DNA of 64,000 nt from the human T2T-CHM13v2.0 reference genome, Homo sapiens. The DNA lies in assembly GCF_009914755.1 (NCBI RefSeq), contig NC_060928.1, one strand, 5' to 3'. The notes under the pieces were generated by a model. It was not told the DNA's origin and searched no databases. It saw only the letters and a list, made by a program, of their open reading frames with translations. The position numbers and the translations under genes were made by a program. Below, in pieces: positions 41,333-53,470 of this stretch. How positions within the stretch are numbered: position 1 is the stretch's first letter; each line of letters begins with the position of its first letter.

Positions 41333-42679
41333 CATATTTCAAATTAATATTATCTGGCCTCCATTCTTTGAGGAGTTAAAAGTTTAGAGTTTGATATTTT
41401 TGGTGATTTTGTATTATTCATCTTAATAATGTTAAGTGCCCATTTGAAATGAACATAGAATATGAAGACAAATATATTATCCTAAATGTGTATTTTACCT
41501 TCATTATTTGTTTATAAACCTGAAGATATCAGGACTGTTACTGTAGATAGTTGAGGTAAAAATTTGTTAAGTTTATTCAAAAGATCATTTTCTAGTGCAT
41601 ATTGTAGTACCTATCTTTAATCCTGAGTTGTTATATTAAAGTCTTGCTTTAATGTGATGTAAACATTTTCAGTTTCTTTATACTAAAATTCTTCTTATTA
41701 TTCAACATCAAAATAATGATTTTGCCTTTAAAGCACCAGAAGCAAGTTGTAAGATGGTATGAATCAAGTCATTTTCTTGAATAGCAACACCAAATAGAAA
41801 TCCTTTAACAAATTCATCAGTTTTGATTTATGCCAGATGCATAGATGTGAATTTGAATTCCTAATGTAGAATTGAAGCAGAAATACTGAGGAGGTCTATA
41901 ATGGCAGCAAAGTCAGATGTTTTACAGTTTATTTATTTTATTAAATTCATTATTTTTCCAGATAAAGTATGTTCTTTCAGCCCATTTATTAATGTGACAT
42001 TTAATTGTGGTCCCAAAACCTAACCAGTTATAATAAATCTTTGTTCCTCTCACTTCATGTACTGTACTGTTTTCTGCCTTCATCTGTTTTAGTATGAGAC
42101 ACACTCTGATTGAGAGAAATTGTTTCAGGAAATCAGTTGTTCTAAGGTTCTTCCTCACCACCCCTCCCAACCCCCGCTTAGGTATGTTCTAAATGATGCT
42201 GGTGGTCAATAATGACATCTTTATTATTTTTCATACTTACTATGATACCATAAAGACAAAAACATGTATGGTTACTTCATAAATAACCCTAAATGCATTA
42301 GAATTTAAAAATCAATGCTTAGATTCTTGAGATAGCCATGAATCACAGAGAGGTCTACAGTAAGCTGGCAGAGAAGGGACACAGCAGCAGGCTATAAAGC
42401 ATCATAATGTTTGTCCATAACAACTACCCAACCTCTGCCCACCAAATAGCTCAGTTAGCAGGTCAATTCATGTGAATTTGCACGAAAGGTTTAGGTTGCT
42501 AGTCTGTAATAACAGTTAGCATGCAATAGATTGTGGCTGTAGGTTTCACAATTATTCTGGTTGTGACTAAGGGTTATACATTTCTTATAAGTTTTTTCTT
42601 GTGTTTTCTAGGCCCAGCATACAAATTTGTGCATGACTAAACCTTGTTGGTTACAGTATTTTATAGTTTTGGTAGAATG

Positions 42680-43215
42680 GTGCTGGTTTGGAGTGGGCTT
42701 AAAGAGACAATAGAAGTGGGAGAATTGGAGAAAAACTACAAATAACTCTTTGGGGGAATTTTGCTTAAAATCAAGCAAAACAATGGAAAAGCGCTATTGG
42801 ACAAAACAGGATCAAGAGCGTTCTTTTAATGAGAGAAAAAGGGCATATTTGTACACTAAGGAGAATGGTGTGAGAGACAGAGGGGGAGGAAAGACAGAAA
42901 GAGAAGAGAATTGCTGGAGAAATTGAGTGATGGTGGGATCCGGTGCACATATGCAAGAACTAGCTTGAGACAGGCTTGTGTAGTCAAACCACAGTCAGAG
43001 CAGGGGACAGTGTAAGAGGGTGCAGAGGCTGGTAGGTGCAGTTTGAGGCATCCAGAACTTTTCTTCTGATTGCTTCCGTTTCTTCAGTGACTCTGGAACA
43101 AGGTCTTTATCTGAGAGTGAGAACGGAGGAGGAAGAGCGTTGAAAAAAAGAGAAGGTATGAAATAGACATTTAGAAAAGAAAGAGAGAAGGGATAAGGGA
43201 TAGTGTCCCAGGCAT
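42680..43215 (-). mobile_element. L2 fragment
   Basis: gtttggagtgggcttaaagag...caaataactctttgggggaattttgct...tctgattgcttccgttttcttcagtga. Confidence 0.65.
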
Positions 43216-43264
43216 TTCGCAATAAAGCCATATTAAATTGAACTTCAAGTCCTGTACTTATGAA

Positions 43265-43940
43265 CTCAAATCCAGTATCTCATCTCCATTTCCACTATTG
43301 TTACCCTAGCTCAAACTGCCACTCTCTCTTGCCTAAACTCCTAAACTGGCCTCCTATTGGCTTACACATGTCCACTCATGCTGCTCTCCAATCCATTCTT
43401 CTCATTGCAGTGAGGGTCATCTTTTCAATTGGGTATGTTCATGATCCTGCTCCATTTAAAACTCTAAGCCCATGCAAGATACAAGCAACCCCTTCTATGA
43501 CATCTTCACCTCAACTCTTTGTTCCTCCCTCACACTTAGCAGTTCTACAGCAATGGCTTTTTTCACTCTCTTAATGAGCAGTGTTTCCTCATCTCATGTG
43601 GCTTCATAAATGCTGCCTGGAAAAATCTTTCTCTGTATCTTATTTCTATTTTTCCTTTATATTTCAGTTGAATTGTCACTTTCTCGAGGAAACCTTCACT
43701 AGTATCTTTAATTAATTTAATTTCCCTGTTAAATTCTTTTATGGTGCCATGTACTTTTTGCAGTTGTAATTTTATTATAAATTTACTTGTGAGATCATTT
43801 GATTAAAGAATTTTCCCTGCTGAACTGGGGAGCTCTGAGAGAGTTAGGACTATGCTTGCTTTTGCCCACCAGTGTATTGCTACATAGTAAGTAAATCATG
43901 TCTGGCACACAATGGACCTCAATAAATATTTGTCAAATTA
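43265..43940 (+). mobile_element. L2 3' end
   Basis: ctcctaaactggcctcct...gagctctgagagagttaggactatg...tctggcacacaatggacctcaataaatatttgt. Confidence 0.75.
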
Positions 43941-44039
43941 ATTTTGACTGAGTAAATCTCATGGGTACCAATTATCAAAATTCACTACCTGTAGAATTCT
44001 GAGCTACATTCTTTATAAAATTCATTTCATCTTTATAAA

Positions 44040-44210
44040 AACTTATACAGTAAAAATTATTGTCTAATTTTAAAGATGGAGAAATTGAGACTTAGAGATG
44101 TCTCTCTAGGTCTTTGGAGAACTCTTAAGTAAGTTCCCCAAAGTTATCCAGCTGATATTTAAGCCAGACAAATTTGACTCCAAAAGAACATACCATTAAT
44201 CACTCTGAAT
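44040..44210 (-). mobile_element. MIR
   Basis: attttaaagatggagaaattgagacttagaga...ttaagtaagttccccaaagttatccagctga...tgactccaaaag. Confidence 0.65.
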
Positions 44211-44428
44211 TGTGATTTTTACCAAGTTGCTCATTTACTGCCTGATTTTTGTTCCCCTCTTTCAGCTTAGATAATGTATCCGTTCCTTTTTAGAATACTT
44301 CAATTTGCACAATATACCTGATTAACTTAAAATAATTTGTTTTGTAGGCACATGTTTCAGGACTTTATATTATCAAAACAAGTGCTCATTCTTCTTGGCC
44401 AAAATAAATAGCATTCCGGTTGTATATG

Positions 44429-44781
44429 TGTATTAGTCCATTTTCACACTGCTGATAAAGACATACCCGAGACTGGGAAGAAAAAGAGGCTTAATTAGAC
44501 TTATAGTTCTACATGGCTGAGGAGGCCTCAGAATCATGGCGGGAGGTGAAAGGGACATCTTACATGGCAGCAGCAAGAGAAAATGAGGACGATGCAAAAG
44601 CGGAAACTCCTGATAAAACCATCAGATCTCACGAGATTCATTCACTACCATGAGAACAGTATGGGGGATCCGCACCCATGAGTCAAATTATCTCTCACCG
44701 GTCCCTCCCACAACACATGGGAAGTATGGGAGTACAATTCAAGATGAGATTTGGGTGGGGTCACATGGCCAAACCATATCA
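44429..44781 (-). mobile_element. THE1A/B LTR
   Basis: tgtattagtccattttcacactgctgataaagacatacccgagactggg...gagatttgggtggggtcacatggccaaaccatatca. Confidence 0.93.
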
Positions 44782-45472
44782 TTCTGCTCCTGGCCCCTCC
44801 AAATCTCATGTCCTCACATTTCAAAACCAATCATGCCTTCCTAACAGTCCCCCAAAGTCTTAACTAATTTCAGCATTAACCCAAAAGTCCACACACAGTC
44901 CAAAGTCTCATCTGAGACAAGGCAAGTCCCTTCCACCTATGAGCCTGTAAAATCAAAAGCAAGCTAGTTACTTCCTAGATATAATGGGGGTACAGGTATT
45001 GGATAAATACAGCCATCCAAATGGGAGAAATTGGCCAAAACAAAGTAATTACAGGGCCCTTGCAAGTCTAAAATCCAGTGGGGCAGTCGAATTTTAAAGC
45101 TCCAAAATGATCTTCTTTGACGCCAGGTCTCACATCCAAGTCATGCTGATGCAAGAGGTAGGTTCCCATGGTCTTGGGCAGCTCCACCCCTGTGGCTTTA
45201 CAGGGTACAGCCACCCTCCAGGCTGCTTTCATGGGCTGGCGTTTAGTGTCTATGGCTTTTTCAGGTGAATGGTACAATCTGTCGGTGGATCTACCATTCT
45301 GGGATTTGGAGGACAGTGGCCCTTTTCTCACAGCTCCACTACGCAGTTCCCCAGTAGGGACTCAGTATGGGGGCTTCAACCCCACATTTCCATTCTGCAC
45401 TGCCGTAACAGAGATTCTCTGTGAGCGCCCCACCCCCGCAGCAAACTTCTGCCTGGGCATCCAGGCATTTCC
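44782..45472 (-). mobile_element. THE1 internal sequence (3' part), truncated
   Basis: ttctgctcctggcccctccaaatctcatgtcctcacatttcaaaacc...gcaaacttctgcctgggcatccaggcatttcca, directly abutting the LTR. Confidence 0.9.
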
Positions 45473-45726
45473 AGGAGTCAGGAGTCAGGAGTTTGAGGCC
45501 AGCCTGGCCAACATGGGGAAACCCCATCTCTACTAAAAATATAAAAAAATTAGCCAGGTGTGGTGGTGAGTGCCTGTAATCCCAGATACTCAGGAGGTTG
45601 AGGCAGGAGAATCGCTTGAACCCAGAACGTGGAGGTTGCAGTGATCCGAGATTGGGCCACTGGGCCACTGCACTGCAGCCCAGGCAACAGAGTAAGATCC
45701 CATCTCAAAAAAAAAAAAAAAAAAAA
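45472..45726 (+). mobile_element. AluS lacking its 5' ~60 nt
   Basis: caggagtttgaggccagcctggccaacatgg...poly-A 45707-45726. Confidence 0.92.
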
Positions 45727-48700
45727 GGCAGAAAAGGATTAATGTTTTAGATAAAACAATAGTAATGCTAAAGTTTAAAGTTATATAATTCTATAGAACA
45801 TCTATGTTTCATCTCCAAAATAATTTTACAGTACAGATTCATTACAAACAAATGAGATTTTCAGCTCTCAGTGTGCCTGTGAACTAGTTAAAGCAAGAGA
45901 ACATTAAATTACAGGCTTACTAATTTATATTCTTGATTTTACACTGACCAAAGCAATAAAATCCTTCCAGGCCACTTTACTTTGAAACTACCAACCTTAA
46001 GGCATTTTTAAAGTATAAAGAGTCAATCTCTAGTCATTCAAAGAACTGCTTGCTTCCCACAAGCATGCTATTGTGAGCAGATCCTCCTTTTCTTACACAT
46101 AAGAGTGCAACAGGGCCACCTGTGGCGAAGAACTGGAGCCACCACTAATTATCTCAGGCAGAATCAGTCAGAAACTTTGTGACCTAGGCTAATTTCACCA
46201 TCAGTCTTTAAGGCATTATATTTTCGGTAGGGTGAATGGCAATTAAACTGTGTGAATTCCCATTATGGACATTTATCAGAACTGAAAAGTACAGGGGCTG
46301 CAAGTCATTTTAAATTCATGAGTGGGGGAAGCAGCAGTGAGCAGGCACTTGACCACATTGAGCTTGTATTAGATCCATTTTGGGGTTAATAAAGCCACAG
46401 GGATGTTGTGTTAGCCCTAATCGTAGGTCTTGGCTGAGTAGTCTCAGTCCGCATTTCCCAAACGGTTCATTACTCTTACATAGTCATTTCCTAAATGTTC
46501 ATTGACTTCTCTGCCACTCAGAAAGGGCACACAGAATCCTCTTTCTTTTGCTCTCGCATGCGTACTCACGAATTTATGAGAATTTTTTGACAAGCCATTG
46601 CTTCAGATTTGAACAGGAGGCACCATGATTCATGTAAAATGCAGTATTTCATCAAAGGATGTGAAAAATGTTTCTGGCAGGACTTCTGATATCCTGTGCC
46701 AGACTGACCACAAGTCCCTGCCTTGGCATCGTAGTGCCAATATAAAAGCCAGGGTAAAATATTATCTTTCAAAATGTAAGGCTCCAGTGACCTTTAGTAC
46801 TTTTACCAACAAAAGCTATTTTCACAGTTATAATTCAAGCATCCAGATTTCCCCACTGCTTAATACACCTGTAGTTGCAAAGAAGTCATTTGGGATGAGT
46901 ATTGGTCACTTCAACTCATATAGGTGCTTTTTCGTTTATGGCAGACCTTCTAAAACAGAGGATCCAACTCTCAGGAGATCTAAGGCAACCAAAAAGTGGG
47001 TTCTTTGTATTCAGAACATGTGTTAAAAACGAAAAACTCTCATAGTGAAGCCAAAGCACATTAATCCTCCTAATCTGCTTTCAGAGTAATGAGGCACAAG
47101 CCTTTGTCGCTGGCATGCTCTGTCTGCCGTGCTAACACAGTCAGTGGTAATCACAGCCACCACTCACAATTAGGAAGGCTAAAGGCAAAGAACTAGGGTG
47201 AGAGGTGACTACACCACCATCCCGGTCTTCCTGTACCCTTTCCAATTGTCTCGTCTGGAGTTACCCATGAGCTATTTAAGTGAAGGGTTAGGTGAGTTAC
47301 TTCTGATTCACTGTAAAGAGCAAGGAAAGCCATTTGCTCTTGAGCAAACATTTCCAACGCTTATGTAAATAACATAATCCATTTAAAATTATGTCTAGGA
47401 AAATAATCATTTAGAAATGTGTTGTCAGGAGAAATCATCGTACCATATCTGCATGAATAGGATACATAGGTCACTGTAGGCAAAACAGCTCTTCAACACT
47501 ACTGTCATTTTGAGTGCATGAAGCTAAGAAGAAAAGTCTTGTTTAGGTTTATTTTTTCCCTTAAACTTTTCAGTTTATCCTCACTCAGTTCTTCTCCAAT
47601 AAATGGGAATTCTCTGTTTAGCCAGTTTTATTTTTGATTTTTGCTTCTGCCATCACAGTGCAGTATGGGGTGTTGGAATCCTGAAGTATTGTTCCGTAAT
47701 GTCTCTTACCACAGCTTATTTCTCAAACTGTACTGGGATTTTCTGAAAATGTTCCAGTAAGTCCAGTATTTTATGATAATTTTTACATTTTTTATTATAA
47801 AAATTTTTTAAGTGTATTATAAGCATATCTGGAATCATTAAGATTGTTTTGTAACCTAAAACTACCAGAAAATTTATTTGTATTTATTTATATCAAATGT
47901 GGCTGCTCTATGTTAAGACTATTACCACAATACTTTGTGCAAATGAAATGTTTTTAAAAGTTCAAATAGATATAAGCAATAAAATAATTTGTCCTCACTC
48001 ATTCTTGGTAGTAAAGACATGCCCAATTAAACAACAAACAGAAGACAACCTGCATTCTGGCAGTCAGGACCATATTCACATTATGTGAGAATGTATTTGG
48101 GAGATCCCACATTTGTAGATAGAAGAAAGACTAAAGCAGTTCATTGATAATACATGTTTAAGCAATGAAGGCTTATTTTGTTCTTGATTTCAATAATTGC
48201 TTTATATACTGTTGACACTCTTGGTTACCCACCAGACATCCATCACTCCTCCTCTTCCTCTTTCATGGCATGTGATTATGTTAGCCCTCTGTCCGCCTGC
48301 ATGGCCCTACCCCAGTTCCTATCCCTTGTCCCTTTCTTTTCTCTTATAATTTAGATACTAGGAAAGTCTTCTGGAAGTCAGGGATTATAAACTCCATACT
48401 TGCGGTTCTGTGTAATACCCAACATATATACATTCACAAACTACAAAAACTGAAATGGTACTTCTGAAACTTAATCTAGTGCTTCACCCTATGCTTCAAA
48501 AAGATCAGCAAATGATCTAGAAAATAAACTTGAATATAACTCTACCAATTTTTAGTAACATGCTCATGCAAATAGTCGGTCTTTACATGAATATTGTTAA
48601 AGGGCAATTCAGAAACTAATTTAATATAAAAGTGAACTTAGTTACATCATTCCACTATTAAAACCAACTTTAATTTTAAATTTGGCAAAATAATATCATA

Positions 48701-48881
48701 TCTTAGATTAAATTAATATTATTAATATGAATTTCCTTGGCATCATTGTTTGTTCACAGTTAATTTGTACATTAGTTTTGGTTTTAAAATTGACCAAACC
48801 CCACATGCAAAATGTGTTTAAACCTGCTTAACAGACTGTCAGGCTTCACTGACTATTTAGTCTAATGGATAATTTAGACTG

Positions 48882-48917
48882 GAGAGAGAGAGAGAGAAAA
48901 AGAGAGGGAGAGAGAGA
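48882..48917 (+). repeat. GA-rich simple repeat
   Basis: Interrupted (GA)n. Confidence 0.85.
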
Positions 48918-48924
48918 ATAAACC

Positions 48925-49130
48925 ACAATGGTTAATGGCATAGAATGCAGAGGAAGAATTCTGTATTTGAACTTTAACTTCACCCCTCAGAAAATTTGTG
49001 ACACTGGGAAAATATGAAACTCTCCATAAAAAGAAAATAATACCAGCACTTCCCTAGTTTGTCATTAGGATTAGATCAGTTAATACATGTGAAGGACTTA
49101 AAATAGTACTTGGCACATGGTATGTGCAAG
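48925..49130 (+). mobile_element. MIR
   Basis: atggttaatggcataga...tgtgacactgggaaa...aaaataataccagcacttccctagtttgtcattaggattaga...cttggcacatggta. Confidence 0.7.
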
Positions 49131-50357
49131 AATTACTTTTTTCTGTTCTCATTACTATTCTTTATTATTTAATTATTTTATCATATGCAATAATTGAAGT
49201 GGTTATTTACTGGAGGGACCAGCCTTGAGCTGATAATTGTAAAGCATCCAAGAAAAAAAATTCTGATGTCCATAATTTTATGTCTAAGGAAGCTACCTTA
49301 AGACTGGCCATTCTGCTATGATTCCTAGGTACTAACCAAGTTTGAATTCGGTGTATAAAGCTAAACACAGCCCACATAAACTTACCTTCTGCATAAATGT
49401 TTTTGCTGAGTTAATTTCTGGTGTTTTGCCCTTGGCTATTACAAGGAGATGACATTTTAAATGACCATATTTGTTTGCAATAAATGCTAGGTTATTCACG
49501 ATCTGTTACTTCCTCCCACACACCAAGTTCCCAGAAGGCACAATTCAAACTCATTTTTCAGAAAAATTAGAAACTTGTATTTGAATTTATGAATAATTAT
49601 GCCAGCTTAGCTCTAGGGACATTATGCTTTGGTTTGGTTACCGGAGGATACACCTCTTACAGCTTTGCCTTGCCCAGTGACTTATACTACCAACTCCAGC
49701 TTTGTTCTGCATGTTCCCTGGACACTTAAAAGAAAATGATCTGCTGTATGGGACTGGGGCTCCAATTAGCATCTTTTTTGCTTAATTTATACTATTTTCT
49801 TGACAGGTGATCAGCATGTAGACTTGTGTGGCCTATCAATGGAGAAGACATTTATTATTCTCTTTGCCCAGTTCTTACCCTTGTTTGGATAATCTTCAAA
49901 ATGTGGCTTCCAGATATGCAGATAAATGTTAAAACACTTTGCTAATGCTTCTGCTGTCTGTACAAGAACCATGCCTTTATAAGAATATTGAACACCAGAA
50001 GGACTTGGTCCACAAGGAGACCCCATTGCTGAGGAGCTAATGTCTTGAAAGTGCATTAAAAGTCTATTTTACTAATCACCGGGGAAATGGCAATCAAACC
50101 CACAATGACATATCGTCTCACATCTGTTAGGATAGCTATTATTAAAAAGACAAAAGATAACAAATATTGGTGAGAATGTGGAGAAATGGGAACCCTTGTA
50201 CACTGGTGATAGAAATGGAAAACGGTGCAGCCACTATGGCAAACAGCATGACACTTCCTCAAAAAATTAAAAACAGAGCTACCATATCATCCAGCAATCC
50301 CACTTCTGAGTCTTTGTCCAAAAGATTTGAAATCAGTATCTCGAAGAGATATTTGTA

Positions 50358-53300
50358 GAGTATTTCTCCCTTATCTTCAGTTTCACTTTCCCTGGTTTCA
50401 GTTACACACAGTCAATGGCAGTCTGAAAATGTTGAGTGGAAAATTTCAGAAATAAACAATTTATGAGGTTTAAATTGCAGACTATTCTGCCTGGTGTGAT
50501 GAAATCATTTACCATCCTACCCTGTCCCACCCAAAACATGAATTTGCACATGCCAAAAAGAAGCAATACAGTGCTTCCTCTAAGTAAAAAGGTGAAAATT
50601 ATTGACTTAATGAGGAAAGAAAAAAATTCAGATGCTGAGTTTACTAAGATCTATAATAAGAACAAATCTTCTATTAGTGAAATTTAAAGGAGGAAAAAGA
50701 AATGTGTGCAAGTACAGTTGACCCTTGAACAATGCAAGGGTTAGGGTTGCCAACCCCTGTACAGTTGAAAATCTGTGCATAAACTTTTGACTCCCCCAAA
50801 AGTTAACTACTAATAGCCTGCTGTCCATCAGAAACCTTACCTATAACATAAGACAGTTGATTAACATGTATTTTGTTTGTTGTATTTATTATATACTTTA
50901 TATTACAATAAAGTAAGCTAAAGAAAATATTTTATTGAGAAAATCATAATAAAAAGAAAATATATTTAGTATTCATTAAGTGGAAATGGATCATCAATAA
51001 GGTCTTCATCCTCATCTTCTTCATGTTGAATAGGCAGAGGAGGAGGAAGAGAAGGGATTGCTCTTACTGTATCAGGAGGGGCAGAAGTGGAAGAGGTGGA
51101 GGAGTTGGAAGTGAAGGCAGAAGAGGCAGGCACACTCAGTGTGACTTCACGGAAATACAGCATTGTTTTTGTCTGAGTTTTTTGCCTTTTTATTTCTCTA
51201 AAAATATTTCTATATGGTACCAACCTTTCTTCCACCATTTGCTTTAGTTTCAGTGCCCATATAATAGAAAAACCTATGTTGTAAAAGAGTCAATAACAGC
51301 CTTGAAAATCAGCACCCTTATGTCAGATTGTCTAAAGCCAATTTCTTTCTTGGCACTGCTTCTTCTACATCTTCTCCTTCCTAGTCTGGAACTGGCTCAG
51401 AATCACTCATCTCCATCAAGTCACCTTTTGCTAATTCCTCTGGGGTGGTGTCTATTAGTGCTTTAATTTCTCCAAGATCCATAAGCTGAAAGCCTTCACT
51501 CCCACCTTTTTTGTCATATCCACAATCTGTTTCATGATTCCCTTGATTGGCTCTGTTGTGAATCTTGTGAAGTTGTGCACTACATCTGGACCCAGTTTTC
51601 TCCAGCAGGAATTTGCTGTTTGGTGCTTGGTGACTTTCACAGCTTTTTCTAAACAACAATGGCATCTTCAATGATATAATCCTTTCAGATTTTGATGCTC
51701 TGTGTATCAGGGTTTTCTTCCATATTATTGACATTTTTTTCCGTAAAGTACTGTATGTAATGAGCCTTAAATGTTCTTATGATCTCCTGATCTAGAGGCT
51801 GAATTAGAGAGGTTGTTTTTGGGGACAAGTAGGTCATTTTGATATCCTCCATGTTGAACTCATGGGGTTCTGGGTGGGCAGGGCCATTGTCCAATGTCAG
51901 AAGAACTTTAAAAGTCAGTCCTTTATTGGCAAGATACTTCATGACTTCAGGGACAAAGCAAGGATGGAGCCAACCCAGAAAGTGGCTTCCCCTGTCCAGG
52001 CTTTCTTACTGTACAACCAAAATCCTGGCAGCTGGTGGTTATTTTTTTCCTTCAAGGCTCGGAAGTTAGCAGCTTTATAGGTAAAGGAAGTCTGATCATA
52101 AACCCAACTGCATTTGCACAAAACTACAAATCTCTTTCTACCTTAAATCCTGGTGCTTGCATCTCTTACTTACTAATAAATGTCCTTTGTGGCATTTTTT
52201 TTCCAGAGTAGGGCACTTTGATCTTCATTAAAAACCTGTCTAGGCAGATATTCTTTCTCCTCAAATGACTCTCTTAAAGGTGCCTGGGAACTCAGTTCCT
52301 GCCTCTTAGTTGGCAGAAGCTGCTTCTCCTGTTATCTTGACATTTTTTAAGTTAAACCACATTCTAAAATTATCAAACCATCCATTGCTGGCCCTAAATT
52401 CTCCAGCTTTAGATTCTTCACCTTTCTTTTGCTTTAAGTTGTCATATAATGACTTTGCTTTTCTTTGAATCATATTAGAGTTTGTAGTTATACCTTTCTT
52501 GTAGCAATCCTGCACCCACATAAAAGCTGCATTTTCAATAGGAGATTAAAAGGTATTTTGCAAAAAGTGCGCGGTTTCTATGCCTCCTGGCATAGCTGCA
52601 GCGACACATTCATGAATTTTCTTTTCTTTTTAACAATGGTCCTTATGCTGATCTTGAAATTGCAGGCAACTGCAGCTGCAGACCCCAATCTAAGGTACAT
52701 ATAAAGCAATTCAACTTTCTATAGTAATGTCATAATTTTTCTTTGTTTCTTGGAAACACTTCCAGCACTTGTTGTGGGTCTGATGGTGTTATTAAGGGTC
52801 TATGATATTATAATACACTAAACATGATGAAAAATATACAAGAAACTTCAGAGATCAATTTTTAGTGTGACACACAATTTACTGGAAAGACACACTTCTT
52901 ACAAGCAGCTGATCAGTGTCACAGGGCATTTCAAGCATATACTTGCAACAGGAGCTCAGCTCACCACAACAACAAGAACAGGTGGCTGCAACATTATTAC
53001 AGTAGTACAGTGTGTGCTACAGTTAATTTTATGCAGTTATGATTTCATTCTGCATCTTCACATATCTGTCAACTGCAAATGGTACCAGGTATGGTCTGTA
53101 AGTGTTTGTGTGGGTAAGTTTTGAGAAATTTTAATTTTGTGTAATAGATTTATGTATATTTTATGATAGTAAATGATAAAATAGACTAGTATCTACATAT
53201 ATTTTATATATTCATCAAATAACTTGTTCTCATTTCTTTTGATATTTCTAGGCTACATGACTCATTTCCAAGTTTTTTCAAGTCATTGCAACAATCCAAA

Positions 53301-53470
53301 AAATTTTTCAATATGTTTATTGAAAAAATCTGCATATAAGTGCACCTGCCCAGTTCAAACCCATGCTATTCAAGGGTTAACTGTATATGTAGAGTTCAGT
53401 GCTATCCACAATTTCAAGCATCCACTGGGAGTCTAGGAATGTTTCTCCCATGCATAAAGGGAGGCTACTG
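50358..53470 (+). mobile_element. MER44 (Tigger7-derived) element split by Tigger2 (pieces 50358-50714 and 53384-53470)
   Basis: TIRs gagtatttctcccttatc / gcataaagggaggctactg; TA at 50356-57 and 53471-72; encodes MPKRSNTVLPLSKKVKIIDL..., a pogo N-terminal HTH remnant. Confidence 0.85.
50715..53383 (-). mobile_element. Near-full-length Tigger2 (pogo-family) DNA transposon with fragmented transposase
   Basis: TIRs cagttgacccttgaac / tattcaagggttaactg; TA TSDs; minus-strand fragments FRASNGWFDNF (CENP-B HTH), QVFNEDQSAL, LDNGPAHP, IQPLDQ and an acidic tail. Confidence 0.93.

Noticed and set aside
44513-44525. PRDM9 hotspot motif position in the THE1 LTR
   Set aside because: Minus strand reads CCTCCTCAGCCAT, which misses CCNCCNTNNCCNC at positions 7 and 13
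46111-46130. CTCF-like site
   Set aside because: Only the CAGGTGGC core matches; about four mismatches to the consensus
46625-47026. 133-aa ATG-initiated ORF in unique DNA
   Set aside because: No recognisable domain, promoter or splice context; length compatible with chance
50966-52521. Possible domesticated TIGD-like gene
   Set aside because: Transposase is split over several frames with stops and is still bounded by TIRs and TA, as expected for a fossil
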